A stretch of DNA of 32,000 nucleotides. It comes from Planctopirus limnophila DSM 3776 (lineage in GTDB: Bacteria > Planctomycetota > Planctomycetia > Planctomycetales > Planctomycetaceae). Made by a program: the position numbers and the translations under genes. The first letter of the stretch is position 1; each line of letters begins with the position of its first letter. Under the pieces are notes generated by a model. It was not told the origin of the DNA. It ran no database searches and was given only the letters and a program-made list of their open reading frames with translations. Positions 1-8,576 of the stretch are shown piece after piece. The stretch covers positions 3,240,001 through 3,272,000 of the forward strand of contig NC_014148.1 in NCBI RefSeq assembly GCF_000092105.1, given 5' to 3'.

Positions 1-24
1 CACCTTCCGCCAAGTCGAGAGGAT

Positions 25-2364
25 ATGATGCCCCACACCTCCAAGTTCTGGTTTTTGAAGAACCTCACCGTCTGTGTGGTGCTCCTCGGCTGTCCCTGGA
101 TGAATTCCTCTGTCTCTGGTGAGGAAGACCCGCATCAGGCAGCGAAAGTTCGTGGACAGGCTCTCTTTGCCCAGAAGTGTGCCAGTTGCCACGGTGCGGC
201 TGGCCAAGGAGGAACCGATAGCTACAAGACGCCATTGATCGGTGATGCCTCAATTGTCGAGTTGACCCGCATCATCGATGCCACCATGCCCGAAGGTGAG
301 CCCGAACAACTCGACAAAGCTCAATCCGAAGATGTGGCTCGATACATCTACGACGCCTTCTATTCTCCCGATGCCCAGATTCGAAATTCCCCCTCCCGCA
401 TCGAACTTTCCCGCCTTACGGTCAGGCAATACCAGCAGGCAGTGACCGATTTGCTCGGCAGTTTTCGTGGAGGCTACGAGAACACCAACGAGTTCGGCTT
501 GAAAGCGACCTATTTTGATGGGCGTCGCTTCCGTAAAGAAGACAAAAAGCTCGAACGGATTGATCCAGTCGTGCAGTTTGATTTTGGTGAAGGGAAGCCA
601 CTGCCAGATGTCGAAATGGCCAGCGATGAATTCTCGATTCACTGGACGGGCTCACTCATTGCGCCGGAAACTGGCGAATACGAAATCATCATCAAGACTG
701 CCAATGGTGTGGAATTCTGGCTCAATGATGAATCAAAAATTCTCATCGATGGCCGAGTTCGCTCAGGGAACGATGTCGAATGGCGCGAGCGAATCAACCT
801 GCTCGGTGGCCGCAGGTATCGACTGCGCCTGCAGATGTTCAAATCGAAAAATGCCAAAGAAAAGACCGCTGCGATTGCCCTGTGGTGGCGACCACCCCAC
901 AAAACGGAAGAGCTGATCCCTACGCGTTATCTGCTCCCTGCCTGGACACCCGAAGTCTTTATTGTCAACACCCCCTTCCCGCCCGATGATCGCAGTGCCG
1001 GCTACGAGCGAGGCAACAGCATCTCGAAAGAATGGGAACAATCGACGACCGATGCCGCCATTGAAACGGCAGCTTACGTCGCAAAGAAACTCAAAGACCT
1101 GGCGGGTTACGGCCGCGATGCAAATCCGGAAGAGAAGAAGCGAAAAGTTCGCGAGTTCTGCATTCGCTTTGTCGAACGAGCCCACCGCAGGCCACTTTCG
1201 GACGACGAAAAGACCCACATGGTCGATCGCTGGCTCGATGCCACCGAAGACCTCGAAACAGCCGTGCAACGCATTGTGCTGCTGACACTCAAATCGCCGC
1301 GATTTCTGTATCGTGAGATCGTCGGTTCGCCCAATGACCCCTGGAATGTCGCCTCGCGACTCTCGTTCACGCTCTGCGACACCATTCCCGATCAGCAGTT
1401 GCGAGATGCGGCTGCTAAAAATGAACTGCAAAAGCCTGATCAGCTTCAGCGACAGGCGGAACGCCTGGTTCGAACAGATGCGGGCAAAGCCAAGCTGAAG
1501 ACCTTTCTATTGAACTGGGTGCGTGTTGAGCATTTGCACGATATTGCTAAAGATTCCCAGCAATATCCCGAGTTTACACCAGCGATTGTCAGCGATTTGC
1601 GAACGTCACTCGAACTGTTTGTTGATGAAGTTCTGCAGAGTAATGAAGCGAGCCTCAAGCAGCTTCTTCTCGAAGATCACATCTGGATGAATGGTCGCCT
1701 CGCGAAATTTTATGGAGCCGACCTACCTGAGAATGCAGATTTCCAGAAAGTGCGTATCGATAATGGCCAGCGGGCCGGCGTGCTGACTCATCCCTTCCTG
1801 ATGGCGGGCTTTGCTTATACTTCGACGACATCTCCGATTCACCGCGGCGTGTTTGTCACTCGCAGTGTGCTGGGCCGCTCACTCAAGATGCCGCCGATTG
1901 CTGTTTCTCCCGAGCCAGCCGATTTGCATCCCAATCTTTCAACGCGTGAACGTGTCGATTTACAGACTAAAGCCGAGATGTGCCGCACCTGCCACAACCT
2001 GATCAATCCACTGGGCTTTCCACTGGAATCGTTTGATGCTGTGGGCCGCTTCCGTGCTGAAGAAAAGGGTAAGCCTGTCGATGCGACTGGACAATACCTC
2101 ACGCGAACTGGTGTGGAAGAGAAGTTTGCGGGGAGCCGGGCATTGGCCGAGTTCCTCGCGACCAGCGCGGAAACGCGAGCCGCTTTCACTCAGCAGCTCT
2201 TCCAGAATCTCGTGAAACAGGCGTGGCCGGCTTACAGTAAAGATCTCCTGACACAACTTGATCAGAAGTTTGCGGCTTCAAACCTGAATATCCGCGAGCT
2301 GGCCGTGGCCATTGCTGTCGCGACAGCCCGCGTTCCAGAGACTGCCGAAACGGCTGCGAAGTGA
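25..2364 (+). CDS. Secreted multidomain protein: N-terminal c-type cytochrome, PA14-like module, and a DUF1595/DUF1592/DUF1588/DUF1585-type (planctomycete PSD/PSCyt) C-terminal half
   Basis: 779-aa ORF with a hydrophobic N-terminus. It carries a CASCH heme-c motif and a PA14-like block (FSIHWTGSLIAPETGEYEIIIKTANGVEFWLND). The C-terminal motif CRTCHNLINPLGFPLESFDAVGRFR is typical of the DUF1588/DUF1592 family. All overlapping ORFs are short and low-complexity. Confidence 0.85.
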   Translation: MMPHTSKFWFLKNLTVCVVLLGCPWMNSSVSGEEDPHQAAKVRGQALFAQKCASCHGAAGQGGTDSYKTPLIGDASIVELTRIIDATMPEGEPEQLDKAQSEDVARYIYDAFYSPDAQIRNSPSRIELSRLTVRQYQQAVTDLLGSFRGGYENTNEFGLKATYFDGRRFRKEDKKLERIDPVVQFDFGEGKPLPDVEMASDEFSIHWTGSLIAPETGEYEIIIKTANGVEFWLNDESKILIDGRVRSGNDVEWRERINLLGGRRYRLRLQMFKSKNAKEKTAAIALWWRPPHKTEELIPTRYLLPAWTPEVFIVNTPFPPDDRSAGYERGNSISKEWEQSTTDAAIETAAYVAKKLKDLAGYGRDANPEEKKRKVREFCIRFVERAHRRPLSDDEKTHMVDRWLDATEDLETAVQRIVLLTLKSPRFLYREIVGSPNDPWNVASRLSFTLCDTIPDQQLRDAAAKNELQKPDQLQRQAERLVRTDAGKAKLKTFLLNWVRVEHLHDIAKDSQQYPEFTPAIVSDLRTSLELFVDEVLQSNEASLKQLLLEDHIWMNGRLAKFYGADLPENADFQKVRIDNGQRAGVLTHPFLMAGFAYTSTTSPIHRGVFVTRSVLGRSLKMPPIAVSPEPADLHPNLSTRERVDLQTKAEMCRTCHNLINPLGFPLESFDAVGRFRAEEKGKPVDATGQYLTRTGVEEKFAGSRALAEFLATSAETRAAFTQQLFQNLVKQAWPAYSKDLLTQLDQKFAASNLNIRELAVAIAVATARVPETAETAAK

Positions 2365-2695
2365 ACACTGCATGATGCGTGAATTGGCAGAAGTCTCAGC
2401 ACCTTCCCATCAAAAACCGACTTGTCCGTGAAATGTGTGCGGGCTCAATAATGCTGTGAGAGTGGTCATACGCATGCCGCGGCTGCTTGTTGACGTGGCT
2501 CTGCACGACAACCCGGGGCAGGCGAATTGGGCACAAGTTGGATGAGCCACCCGGCTACCTCGCTCTAGCAGATGAATCCAATACTGAACCGGCAAAGACG
2601 GGGTTGCCATGATGGCGGAAGTTGGCGATTCTTTCCGGATGCGGGCGGTTTCGCATGACAAGGATGGTTGAATGCTCTGATGGGAAGCGGTCGAT

Positions 2696-4165
2696 ATGCG
2701 CCAGGATCTGAATACATCAATCGTACCACAGACGGCCTCACCACAGACCGGCTCACAGCAACAGGAATTACGACTCGAAATCAATCGCAGAGAAGCACTT
2801 ACAGCTTGCCTCACGCTGGCTGCCGGGGCTTGCCTGGGGCATGGGCCGACACCGCTTCATGCTGAGGAGGATGCGGTCTACACGCTGGAAGAGCCGGCTG
2901 ATGACTTCCGCGTGTTCGGGATTGGTGCACGTATCGAAGTGATTGGCCAGGTGCAGACACAAGACGAGAAAGCTCAGGCCAAATCGCTGCCACTGAAACT
3001 CAATGCCGGAATTTCTTTTCGTGAACGCCGTCTGCTGGGCCCGGGCCGAGATGCGGAAGCATTGCGTTCCATTCGCGAATACGAACAGACAACAGCCGAT
3101 ATCGTTGTCGCTGGCGAAGCCTCCCGAAGGCAACTCGCTGAGACACTCCGGCTGATTGTCGCTCAGGGCCGTCTGGAAGGGATCGAGCTCTATAGCCTGG
3201 GCGGCCCGATGACGACCGACGAAATGGAACTGCTCCAGACCCCTGGCGACACGCTCTCACTGATTGCACTTCTGCCAGGAAAAGCCGTCAAGCCGGGAGA
3301 GACCTGGAATCCGGATTACTGGGTGTTGCCCATGTTCGTGGCTGTCGAGGCTGTGGTCGATCAGAAGCTGACCTGCACATTCGTGGGAATCACGGGGAAT
3401 ATGGCTCGAATTTCCTTCGAAGGCGAGCTGAATGGGGCCATTGAAGGAGCGACGACAAAAGTCACAATCTCCGGAAATCTGGATTACGACCTCACTTCAA
3501 AATCGATCGCCGAAGTCGAACTTTCCCAAGTGGAAAAACGCTCGATCGGTGCGATCAGCCCCGGGCTCGATATTACGGCTCGATTGCGGCTGCGTCGCCG
3601 ACCTGCGCAGATTCCCGGCCGTGTGGGCGAAACCAAATATGTCGATGAAGCCACTGTCCTGCCCACCACCAGGCAAATGCGCGTGCGGTTCGATGCTCCG
3701 TGGGGTCTGACCATCCTGCATGGTCGCTTGTGGCACCTGTATCATGAAACACCACAGGTGGCGATCTTCCGTAAGATGAAGGATGGCCAACTGATTGCCC
3801 AGTGCAATATCTCACCACTTCCCAATGCCCAGCCGGGAAGTCACCTTCCCGAAGCCGAGTTCGAATCTGATATTCGGACCGCTCTGGGTGAGCGATTCCG
3901 GACGATGCCGAAGAAAGAGGTCATACCGGCCGCCAATGGACGATTCGTTTACCGCGTGGTAGCCCAGGGGATTCAAAAAGAGCAGGCTCTGACGTGGATC
4001 TACTTCCTCGTGGCCGAGCGTACGGGGCGCCAGACTTCGCTTCTGTTCTCGCTCGATTCTTCGCTTCTGGAGAAGTTCGGCAAGGAAGACCTGGAGTTCG
4101 TCGAAGGTCTGAGCTTTGGTGTCCCTGCGGCAGGCTCTGGTGCGCCGACACTCGCGGTTCCATGA
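2696..4165 (+). CDS. Hypothetical exported protein with a twin-arginine-like signal; beta-rich, no family recognised
   Basis: 489-aa ORF with the only Met start. The N-terminus (EINRREALTACLTLAAGACLGHG) resembles a Tat signal. The composition is ordinary, unlike the Arg/Ser/Cys-rich overlapping ORFs. Confidence 0.7.
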   Translation: MRQDLNTSIVPQTASPQTGSQQQELRLEINRREALTACLTLAAGACLGHGPTPLHAEEDAVYTLEEPADDFRVFGIGARIEVIGQVQTQDEKAQAKSLPLKLNAGISFRERRLLGPGRDAEALRSIREYEQTTADIVVAGEASRRQLAETLRLIVAQGRLEGIELYSLGGPMTTDEMELLQTPGDTLSLIALLPGKAVKPGETWNPDYWVLPMFVAVEAVVDQKLTCTFVGITGNMARISFEGELNGAIEGATTKVTISGNLDYDLTSKSIAEVELSQVEKRSIGAISPGLDITARLRLRRRPAQIPGRVGETKYVDEATVLPTTRQMRVRFDAPWGLTILHGRLWHLYHETPQVAIFRKMKDGQLIAQCNISPLPNAQPGSHLPEAEFESDIRTALGERFRTMPKKEVIPAANGRFVYRVVAQGIQKEQALTWIYFLVAERTGRQTSLLFSLDSSLLEKFGKEDLEFVEGLSFGVPAAGSGAPTLAVP

Positions 4166-4252
4166 GCCGTCTGAAGAATCGAAATGCTGCGATGAAAGCA
4201 GAGCTCAAATGCAGGGTATTGATCGTTCAGTACCCTGCCATGGACGAAACGA

Positions 4253-4735
4253 TTACGCGAGTTCTTCGATCTCGGTGATCTCGTAGTTGATGGTACCGCG
4301 AGGAACCTGAATCGAGACTTTGTCGTTAACCTTCTTGCCCAACAGAGCACTGGCCAATGGGCTGGTCGTGAGAATCTTCATGACATCGCTCATGTAGTCT
4401 TCTTCACCCGGCCCCACGAACTCGTACTTTTCGATATCGCCATCGTCGGTATTTTTGACGGTGACACGTGTTCCGAATGCGACAACCCCTTTAGGAAGGG
4501 TGGATTTGTCGACGATGTAGCAGCTCGCCAGCTTCGACTTGAGAGAGTTAATCCGCGCCTGCAAACGCCCCTGCTCTTCGCGCTGGCCGTGATATTCGGC
4601 GTTTTCTTTCAGATCCCCCTCAGCGCGCGCCTCGGCAATCGCCTCAGCGATTTTGGGCATGTCGTCGTGCTCAAGCTTGCGGATTTCTTCCTTGAGCTTG
4701 TCGTAACCCTCGCGAGAGATTGGTTGCAGTTCCAT
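4253..4735 (-). CDS. greA: Transcription elongation factor GreA
   Basis: The N-terminal coiled coil carries [16 protein letters not shown], and the C-terminal domain is FKBP-like ([25 protein letters not shown]). The ATG at 4735 has GGAG about 7 nt upstream and gives 160 aa. The ORF-track start at 4747 is a GTG four codons further up. Confidence 0.93.
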   Translation of the reverse strand: MELQPISREGYDKLKEEIRKLEHDDMPKIAEAIAEARAEGDLKENAEYHGQREEQGRLQARINSLKSKLASCYIVDKSTLPKGVVAFGTRVTVKNTDDGDIEKYEFVGPGEEDYMSDVMKILTTSPLASALLGKKVNDKVSIQVPRGTINYEITEIEELA

Positions 4736-4750
4736 CACAGACTCCACACG

Positions 4751-4768
4751 GCCTGTGAATTCACAGGC
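4751..4768. repeat. Perfect 18-bp palindrome gcctgtgaattcacaggc in the greA 5' leader
   Basis: Read directly from the sequence. It equals its own reverse complement and lies 16-33 nt upstream of the greA ATG, abutting the GGAG ribosome-binding site. Confidence 0.8.
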
Positions 4769-4842
4769 AAATAAGCTTCATATCATGAAAAATGCATGGC
4801 CACTCGATCGAGTTGCCATGCTGAAAGACCGGCATTGGAAAC

Positions 4843-4876
4843 GAAAAAGGCAGGGCTGTCGTTCAACAGCCCGCCT
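4843..4876 (-). terminator. Intrinsic terminator downstream of the oxidoreductase gene
   Basis: The minus strand reads ggcgggctg-ttgaacga-cagccctgcc followed by TTTTTCG. This is a GC-rich stem of 9 bp with one bulge, about 95 nt after the stop at 4972. Confidence 0.6.
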
Positions 4877-4971
4877 TCCTTAATATAAGCGTAACAAAAA
4901 GCCTGCCCAGTTTCCACCGCCGGACCTGCCTTGGCAGATTCGCGAATCATAACCTCTTGTGCAAACTACAG

Positions 4972-6153
4972 TTACGACGCAATCGTCTTCCAGGTTCGCT
5001 CTTTAGCACTGGAGATCACCGCGTCGCAAACCTTCTGTGTTTCCAAAGCTTCGCGGAATGTTGGCGAGCAAGGCTTACCTTCTTCAAGAGCCTTCAAGAA
5101 ATCGGCCACCTGATGAATAAATGTGTGTTCGTAGCCAATCTGCAGACCAGGAACCCACCAGTTCTTCATGTAAGGCTGATCGCCGTCGGAAACGTGCACC
5201 GAACGCCACCCACGGACAATCCCTTCGTCGCCATGATCGAACCACTGCAAACGGTGGAGATCATGCAGATCCCACTTGAGGGAGGCGTGCTCGCCATTCA
5301 CTTCCAGTGTATAGAGAGCCTTATGGCCGCGGGCGTACCGGGTCGATTCAAATAACCCTAACGATCCATTCTTGAAGTGACAGAAGAACGTACAAGCATC
5401 GTCGATGCTGACTTTCTCGATCTGCCCGGTGAGTGTGTGCTTACGTTCCTTGATGAATGTCTCAGTCATCGCACTGACATCGGTGATCGATCCATTCAGC
5501 CAGAGTGCTGTATCAATACAGTGGGCCAGCAGGTCGCCAGTCACACCCGAACCAGCGGCGGCGGCATCGAGTCTCCAGAGAGCAGCTCCGCCCTGTGGCA
5601 GATCTGCGGAAATCGTCCAATCCTGCAGGAAGTTCGCCCGGTAATGGAAAATGCGGCCCAGCTTGCCAGAGTCAATCAGTTGTTTGGCCAACGTCACGGC
5701 GGGTGCCCGGCGGTAGTTGTACCAGACGGTGTTAGGAACGCCGGCACGTTCAATGGCGGCCACCATCTCTTCACCTTCGGCAGTGTTCATCGAGAGTGGT
5801 TTTTCACACAGCACCATTTTGCCATTGGCTGCCGCCGCCAGCGCAATTTCCTTGTGCAGGTTATTGGGAGTACAGATATCGATCGCGTCGATATCTTTCC
5901 GCTCAACAACCTTTCGCCAGTCGGTTTCGACTGACTCGTAACCCCACTGATCAGCGAATGACCGCACCTTTTCCGCATCGCGGGCACAAACCGCCTTCAG
6001 CACCGGCTTGTATTTCAATGGAAAAAAGTGATTGACCTGTGAGTACGCGTTGGAGTGAGTCCGGCCCATAAAGCCGTAGCCAATCATGCCAATATTCAGA
6101 TTCTTCATGATGACGTTCATTGGAGAAATGAATGGAATGCGGGCGACCACCAT
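4972..6153 (-). CDS. Gfo/Idh/MocA family NAD(P)-dependent oxidoreductase
   Basis: Rossmann N-terminus ([22 protein letters not shown]) and the EKP motif (LCEKPL). The Rossmann fold begins at the ATG at 6108, so the true start may be 6108 rather than 6153. The ATG at 6153 has GAGG about 10 nt upstream. Confidence 0.88.
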   Translation of the reverse strand: MVVARIPFISPMNVIMKNLNIGMIGYGFMGRTHSNAYSQVNHFFPLKYKPVLKAVCARDAEKVRSFADQWGYESVETDWRKVVERKDIDAIDICTPNNLHKEIALAAAANGKMVLCEKPLSMNTAEGEEMVAAIERAGVPNTVWYNYRRAPAVTLAKQLIDSGKLGRIFHYRANFLQDWTISADLPQGGAALWRLDAAAAGSGVTGDLLAHCIDTALWLNGSITDVSAMTETFIKERKHTLTGQIEKVSIDDACTFFCHFKNGSLGLFESTRYARGHKALYTLEVNGEHASLKWDLHDLHRLQWFDHGDEGIVRGWRSVHVSDGDQPYMKNWWVPGLQIGYEHTFIHQVADFLKALEEGKPCSPTFREALETQKVCDAVISSAKERTWKTIAS

Positions 6154-6242
6154 CTGGCCAAACCTCGTTCAGCAGGCGATAATAACCAAGGTTTGATGCG
6201 TTCGCTGCGCCCCGGCCATCTTTCCTGAGAATTTGAAGACGT

Positions 6243-6296
6243 TTTTGATTCAAACCGCAGGTGACTCGCAAATTCACAAGAGGTTGAGAATCAAAA
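6243..6296. promoter_or_regulatory. Inverted repeat (9-bp perfect arms ttttgattc / gaatcaaaa, 36-nt spacer, plus an extra aacc/ggtt pairing) upstream of parD
   Basis: Read directly from the sequence. It lies in the divergent region between the oxidoreductase and the antitoxin gene, about 70-80 nt upstream of the antitoxin start. The operator function is inferred only. Confidence 0.35.
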
Positions 6297-6378
6297 CGAT
6301 TCGATTGTTCTGCGGTGATTGGGATTACCCGGCAATCGGAGTTTTTGTAGTATTATGGAGTGAATGAAGGAAAACTGT

Positions 6379-6633
6379 ATGGCAAAAGTTCATCCTCTGA
6401 CTCTCCGACTAACGGACGAATTACAAGCTTTTGTTGATGCTAACAGTGGCGATGGTACGAATTTCACGAATCCGAGTGAGTTTGTCGAACACCTGTTGTG
6501 GCAGCGTAAACTGCAGGATGAAGCAGCACAGGTTCGCGAATCGATTGTTGCGGGCTACAACGACGCGATCGATGGTCATGTCGTACCTTATGAGGGTGAT
6601 TTAAGGGCTCTCATGAAGAGAAATCCCTCATGA
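6379..6633 (+). CDS. parD: ParD-family (ribbon-helix-helix, COG3609-like) type II antitoxin
   Basis: MAKVHPLTLRLTDELQAFVD...PSEFVEHLLWQRKLQDEAAQVRESIVAGYND matches the ParD antitoxin pattern. The ATG at 6379 has AAGGA 7 nt upstream. The ORF-track ATG at 6364 is an alternative start. The stop overlaps the next gene's start (ATGA). Confidence 0.8.
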   Translation: MAKVHPLTLRLTDELQAFVDANSGDGTNFTNPSEFVEHLLWQRKLQDEAAQVRESIVAGYNDAIDGHVVPYEGDLRALMKRNPS

Positions 6634-7013
6634 CGTCTCGGCAACGTCAATTCATCCAATTGACGCGGCAAGCGCTGCTCGATCTTCAGAACATCTATGA
6701 TGAATCCGTACTTCGATGGGGAGAACATGTTGCCGAGAAGTATCTGGATGAACTTCAGCAAGGTCTGGATCAGCTGCGAGAAAACTCAGACCTGCTTGAG
6801 CAGATAAATGATCTGCACGAATTTTTACGATTTTACCGAGTCAATAAGCATCTGATTGTTTGTGATACTTACCAACAATCGGTGGTAGTCCTGACAGTCA
6901 TACACACAGCTCGTGATATCCCGGCCAGGCTCAGCGAACTTGTGCCTGGGTTAAAGAATGAAATTGACCTCCTTCATCATCGATTTCGCGAGCCTTCCGC
7001 AGACCAGATATAA
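6630..7013 (+). CDS. parE: ParE/RelE-family type II toxin, with a C-terminal extension of about 30 aa
   Basis: The pattern LTRQALLDLQNIYD...RFYRVNKHLIVCDTYQQSVVVLTVIHTARDI is typical of ParE toxins. The 4-nt ATGA overlap with parD implies translational coupling. Confidence 0.75.
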   Translation: MTSRQRQFIQLTRQALLDLQNIYDESVLRWGEHVAEKYLDELQQGLDQLRENSDLLEQINDLHEFLRFYRVNKHLIVCDTYQQSVVVLTVIHTARDIPARLSELVPGLKNEIDLLHHRFREPSADQI

Positions 7014-7052
7014 TTCTCCCGCACTGAATTCGCATCATGTATTCCACGTGGG

Positions 7053-8564
7053 ATGAAAGCTCTCCTCATGACCACCGAATCGCGATGGATCTGGCCCTTT
7101 GAACTTACTGAAAAACTCGGCGAAGGGGGCATGGGTGTCGTTTACCGGGCGAGATATGTCGGTAATGATCGCGAAGTCGCACTGAAACTGTTGCCGGATG
7201 ATGTCGCTCAGAATGCGACCATTCTTGCCCGATTCGAGCGGGAAATGGAGGTTCTCAAACAGTTACGCCACCCGAACGTGGTGCACTGCTTTGGTGGTGT
7301 CTGCAAAACGAAGCAGCGTTTCTACGCGATGGAACTTGTCGAAGGCGGCACACTGGCTGATGAACTTCGCAAGAAAGGGCGATATTCATGGGACAAAGTG
7401 ATCGAAATGGGCATGCAGATGTGTGCCGGGCTGGGCTATGCTCATGAGCAAGGCGTCATCCACCGCGACGTCAAACCAGGAAACTTCCTCATTGGGAAAA
7501 ACGGTCAACTGAAGCTGGCCGATTTTGGCCTGGCAACGATCACCTCGGGGCAGAAGATCACGAAAGCGGGCAAAACGGTCGGTACTTTTTACTATATGGC
7601 CCCGGAGCAGATTCGTGGCAAGCCTCCCGTTTCTGCCCGCACCGATCTCTATGCCCTCGGCTGTGTTCTGTTCGAATTGCTGACGGGCAATCCCCCGTAT
7701 ATGGGAAATCACCCGGCGGAAACTTTGCAGAAACATGTCGACGCACCGATCCCGCATGTGGCCACACGCATGCTCGATTGCCCCGCTGCACTCGATGCGC
7801 TGATTGTCGATCTATTGGCAAAAAATCCCGAGGCGCGCCCCGCCTCGGCTGCCATAGTCGCCAAGCGTCTGGAAGCCATTGCGCTCCCTTCACGCGGGAC
7901 TGCCGCTGATGTTGATCACCAGGCTGTGACACCTTCGTCGGACAACTTTTTCCTGAAGGCGGCTCTTGGAAGTCTACCAGCAGTGACTCATGGGCCCGCG
8001 ATTCAATCGACCGTCCGCATGGATTCAGACGAAGAGATTGCTACAGCACCTGCAGGAACCTTAAGAACACAACAATCGCTAATCATCGGCGTCGTCATCC
8101 TCTCAATACTGTTGATTGAAGCCTGTTTTGCCTACCGCACGGCGAGTTTTCGCCTGGAAAAAATCGAGGCCGCATGGCGCGAAAAGCTTACTGGAACAGA
8201 CTCTGGTGAACGACAACAAGCTGTCGCCACTCTGCTTTCGTTCGATCAACTCGGCCAGAAAACAGCGACAGCCGCTGGTCAACTCCTTGACCGCCCGGAA
8301 CCAGAAGCCCGTAAAGCGGGTCTGAAGCTTTTGGGAAAACCCTGGCCACAATCCTCACGCTTTGCTGAGATCGCCCTGCGACTTCAAAAAGCCGATCCCG
8401 AACAGGATGTCCGCTATCAGGCCAGTGAGTTCGCCAATGCCATCAAAAATGAACCCGAACAACCCTCATCAGGCTTCTGGACTCGATTAATCCTCTGGCT
8501 CGCGGTTATTGCGGCAGTCACGCTCTATTTGAATCGAGAGTCTTTACTCAAACGCAAAATGTAA
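7053..8564 (+). CDS. Membrane-anchored Hanks-type Ser/Thr protein kinase with a HEAT-like segment between two TM helices
   Basis: Kinase motifs are present: G-loop GEGGMGVVYRA, VALKLL, HRDVKPGNF, DFGLA, YMAPE. Two predicted TM helices (LIIGVVILSILLIEACFAY and FWTRLILWLAVIAAVTLYL) flank about 115 aa of helical repeat-like sequence. Confidence 0.9.
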   Translation: MKALLMTTESRWIWPFELTEKLGEGGMGVVYRARYVGNDREVALKLLPDDVAQNATILARFEREMEVLKQLRHPNVVHCFGGVCKTKQRFYAMELVEGGTLADELRKKGRYSWDKVIEMGMQMCAGLGYAHEQGVIHRDVKPGNFLIGKNGQLKLADFGLATITSGQKITKAGKTVGTFYYMAPEQIRGKPPVSARTDLYALGCVLFELLTGNPPYMGNHPAETLQKHVDAPIPHVATRMLDCPAALDALIVDLLAKNPEARPASAAIVAKRLEAIALPSRGTAADVDHQAVTPSSDNFFLKAALGSLPAVTHGPAIQSTVRMDSDEEIATAPAGTLRTQQSLIIGVVILSILLIEACFAYRTASFRLEKIEAAWREKLTGTDSGERQQAVATLLSFDQLGQKTATAAGQLLDRPEPEARKAGLKLLGKPWPQSSRFAEIALRLQKADPEQDVRYQASEFANAIKNEPEQPSSGFWTRLILWLAVIAAVTLYLNRESLLKRKM

Positions 8565-8576
8565 ATAACCAGTCGA

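Noticed and set aside
2410-2814. A 134-aa minus-strand ORF in the 330-nt spacer upstream of the Tat-signal protein gene. A similar case is 11465..12133 / 11733..12209 in the DUF2339/DUF1552 divergent region.
   Set aside because: The translations are Cys/Ser/Arg-rich. They overlap the starts of well-supported genes, and I could find no Shine-Dalgarno sequences. I treat these regions as intergenic or promoter DNA.
4751-4768. The TGTGA...TCACA half-sites in the greA palindrome, considered as a CRP/FNR-type site
   Set aside because: The half-sites are separated by 2 nt (TGTGA-AT-TCACA), not the 6 nt of the CRP consensus. I keep the element only as an unexplained palindrome.
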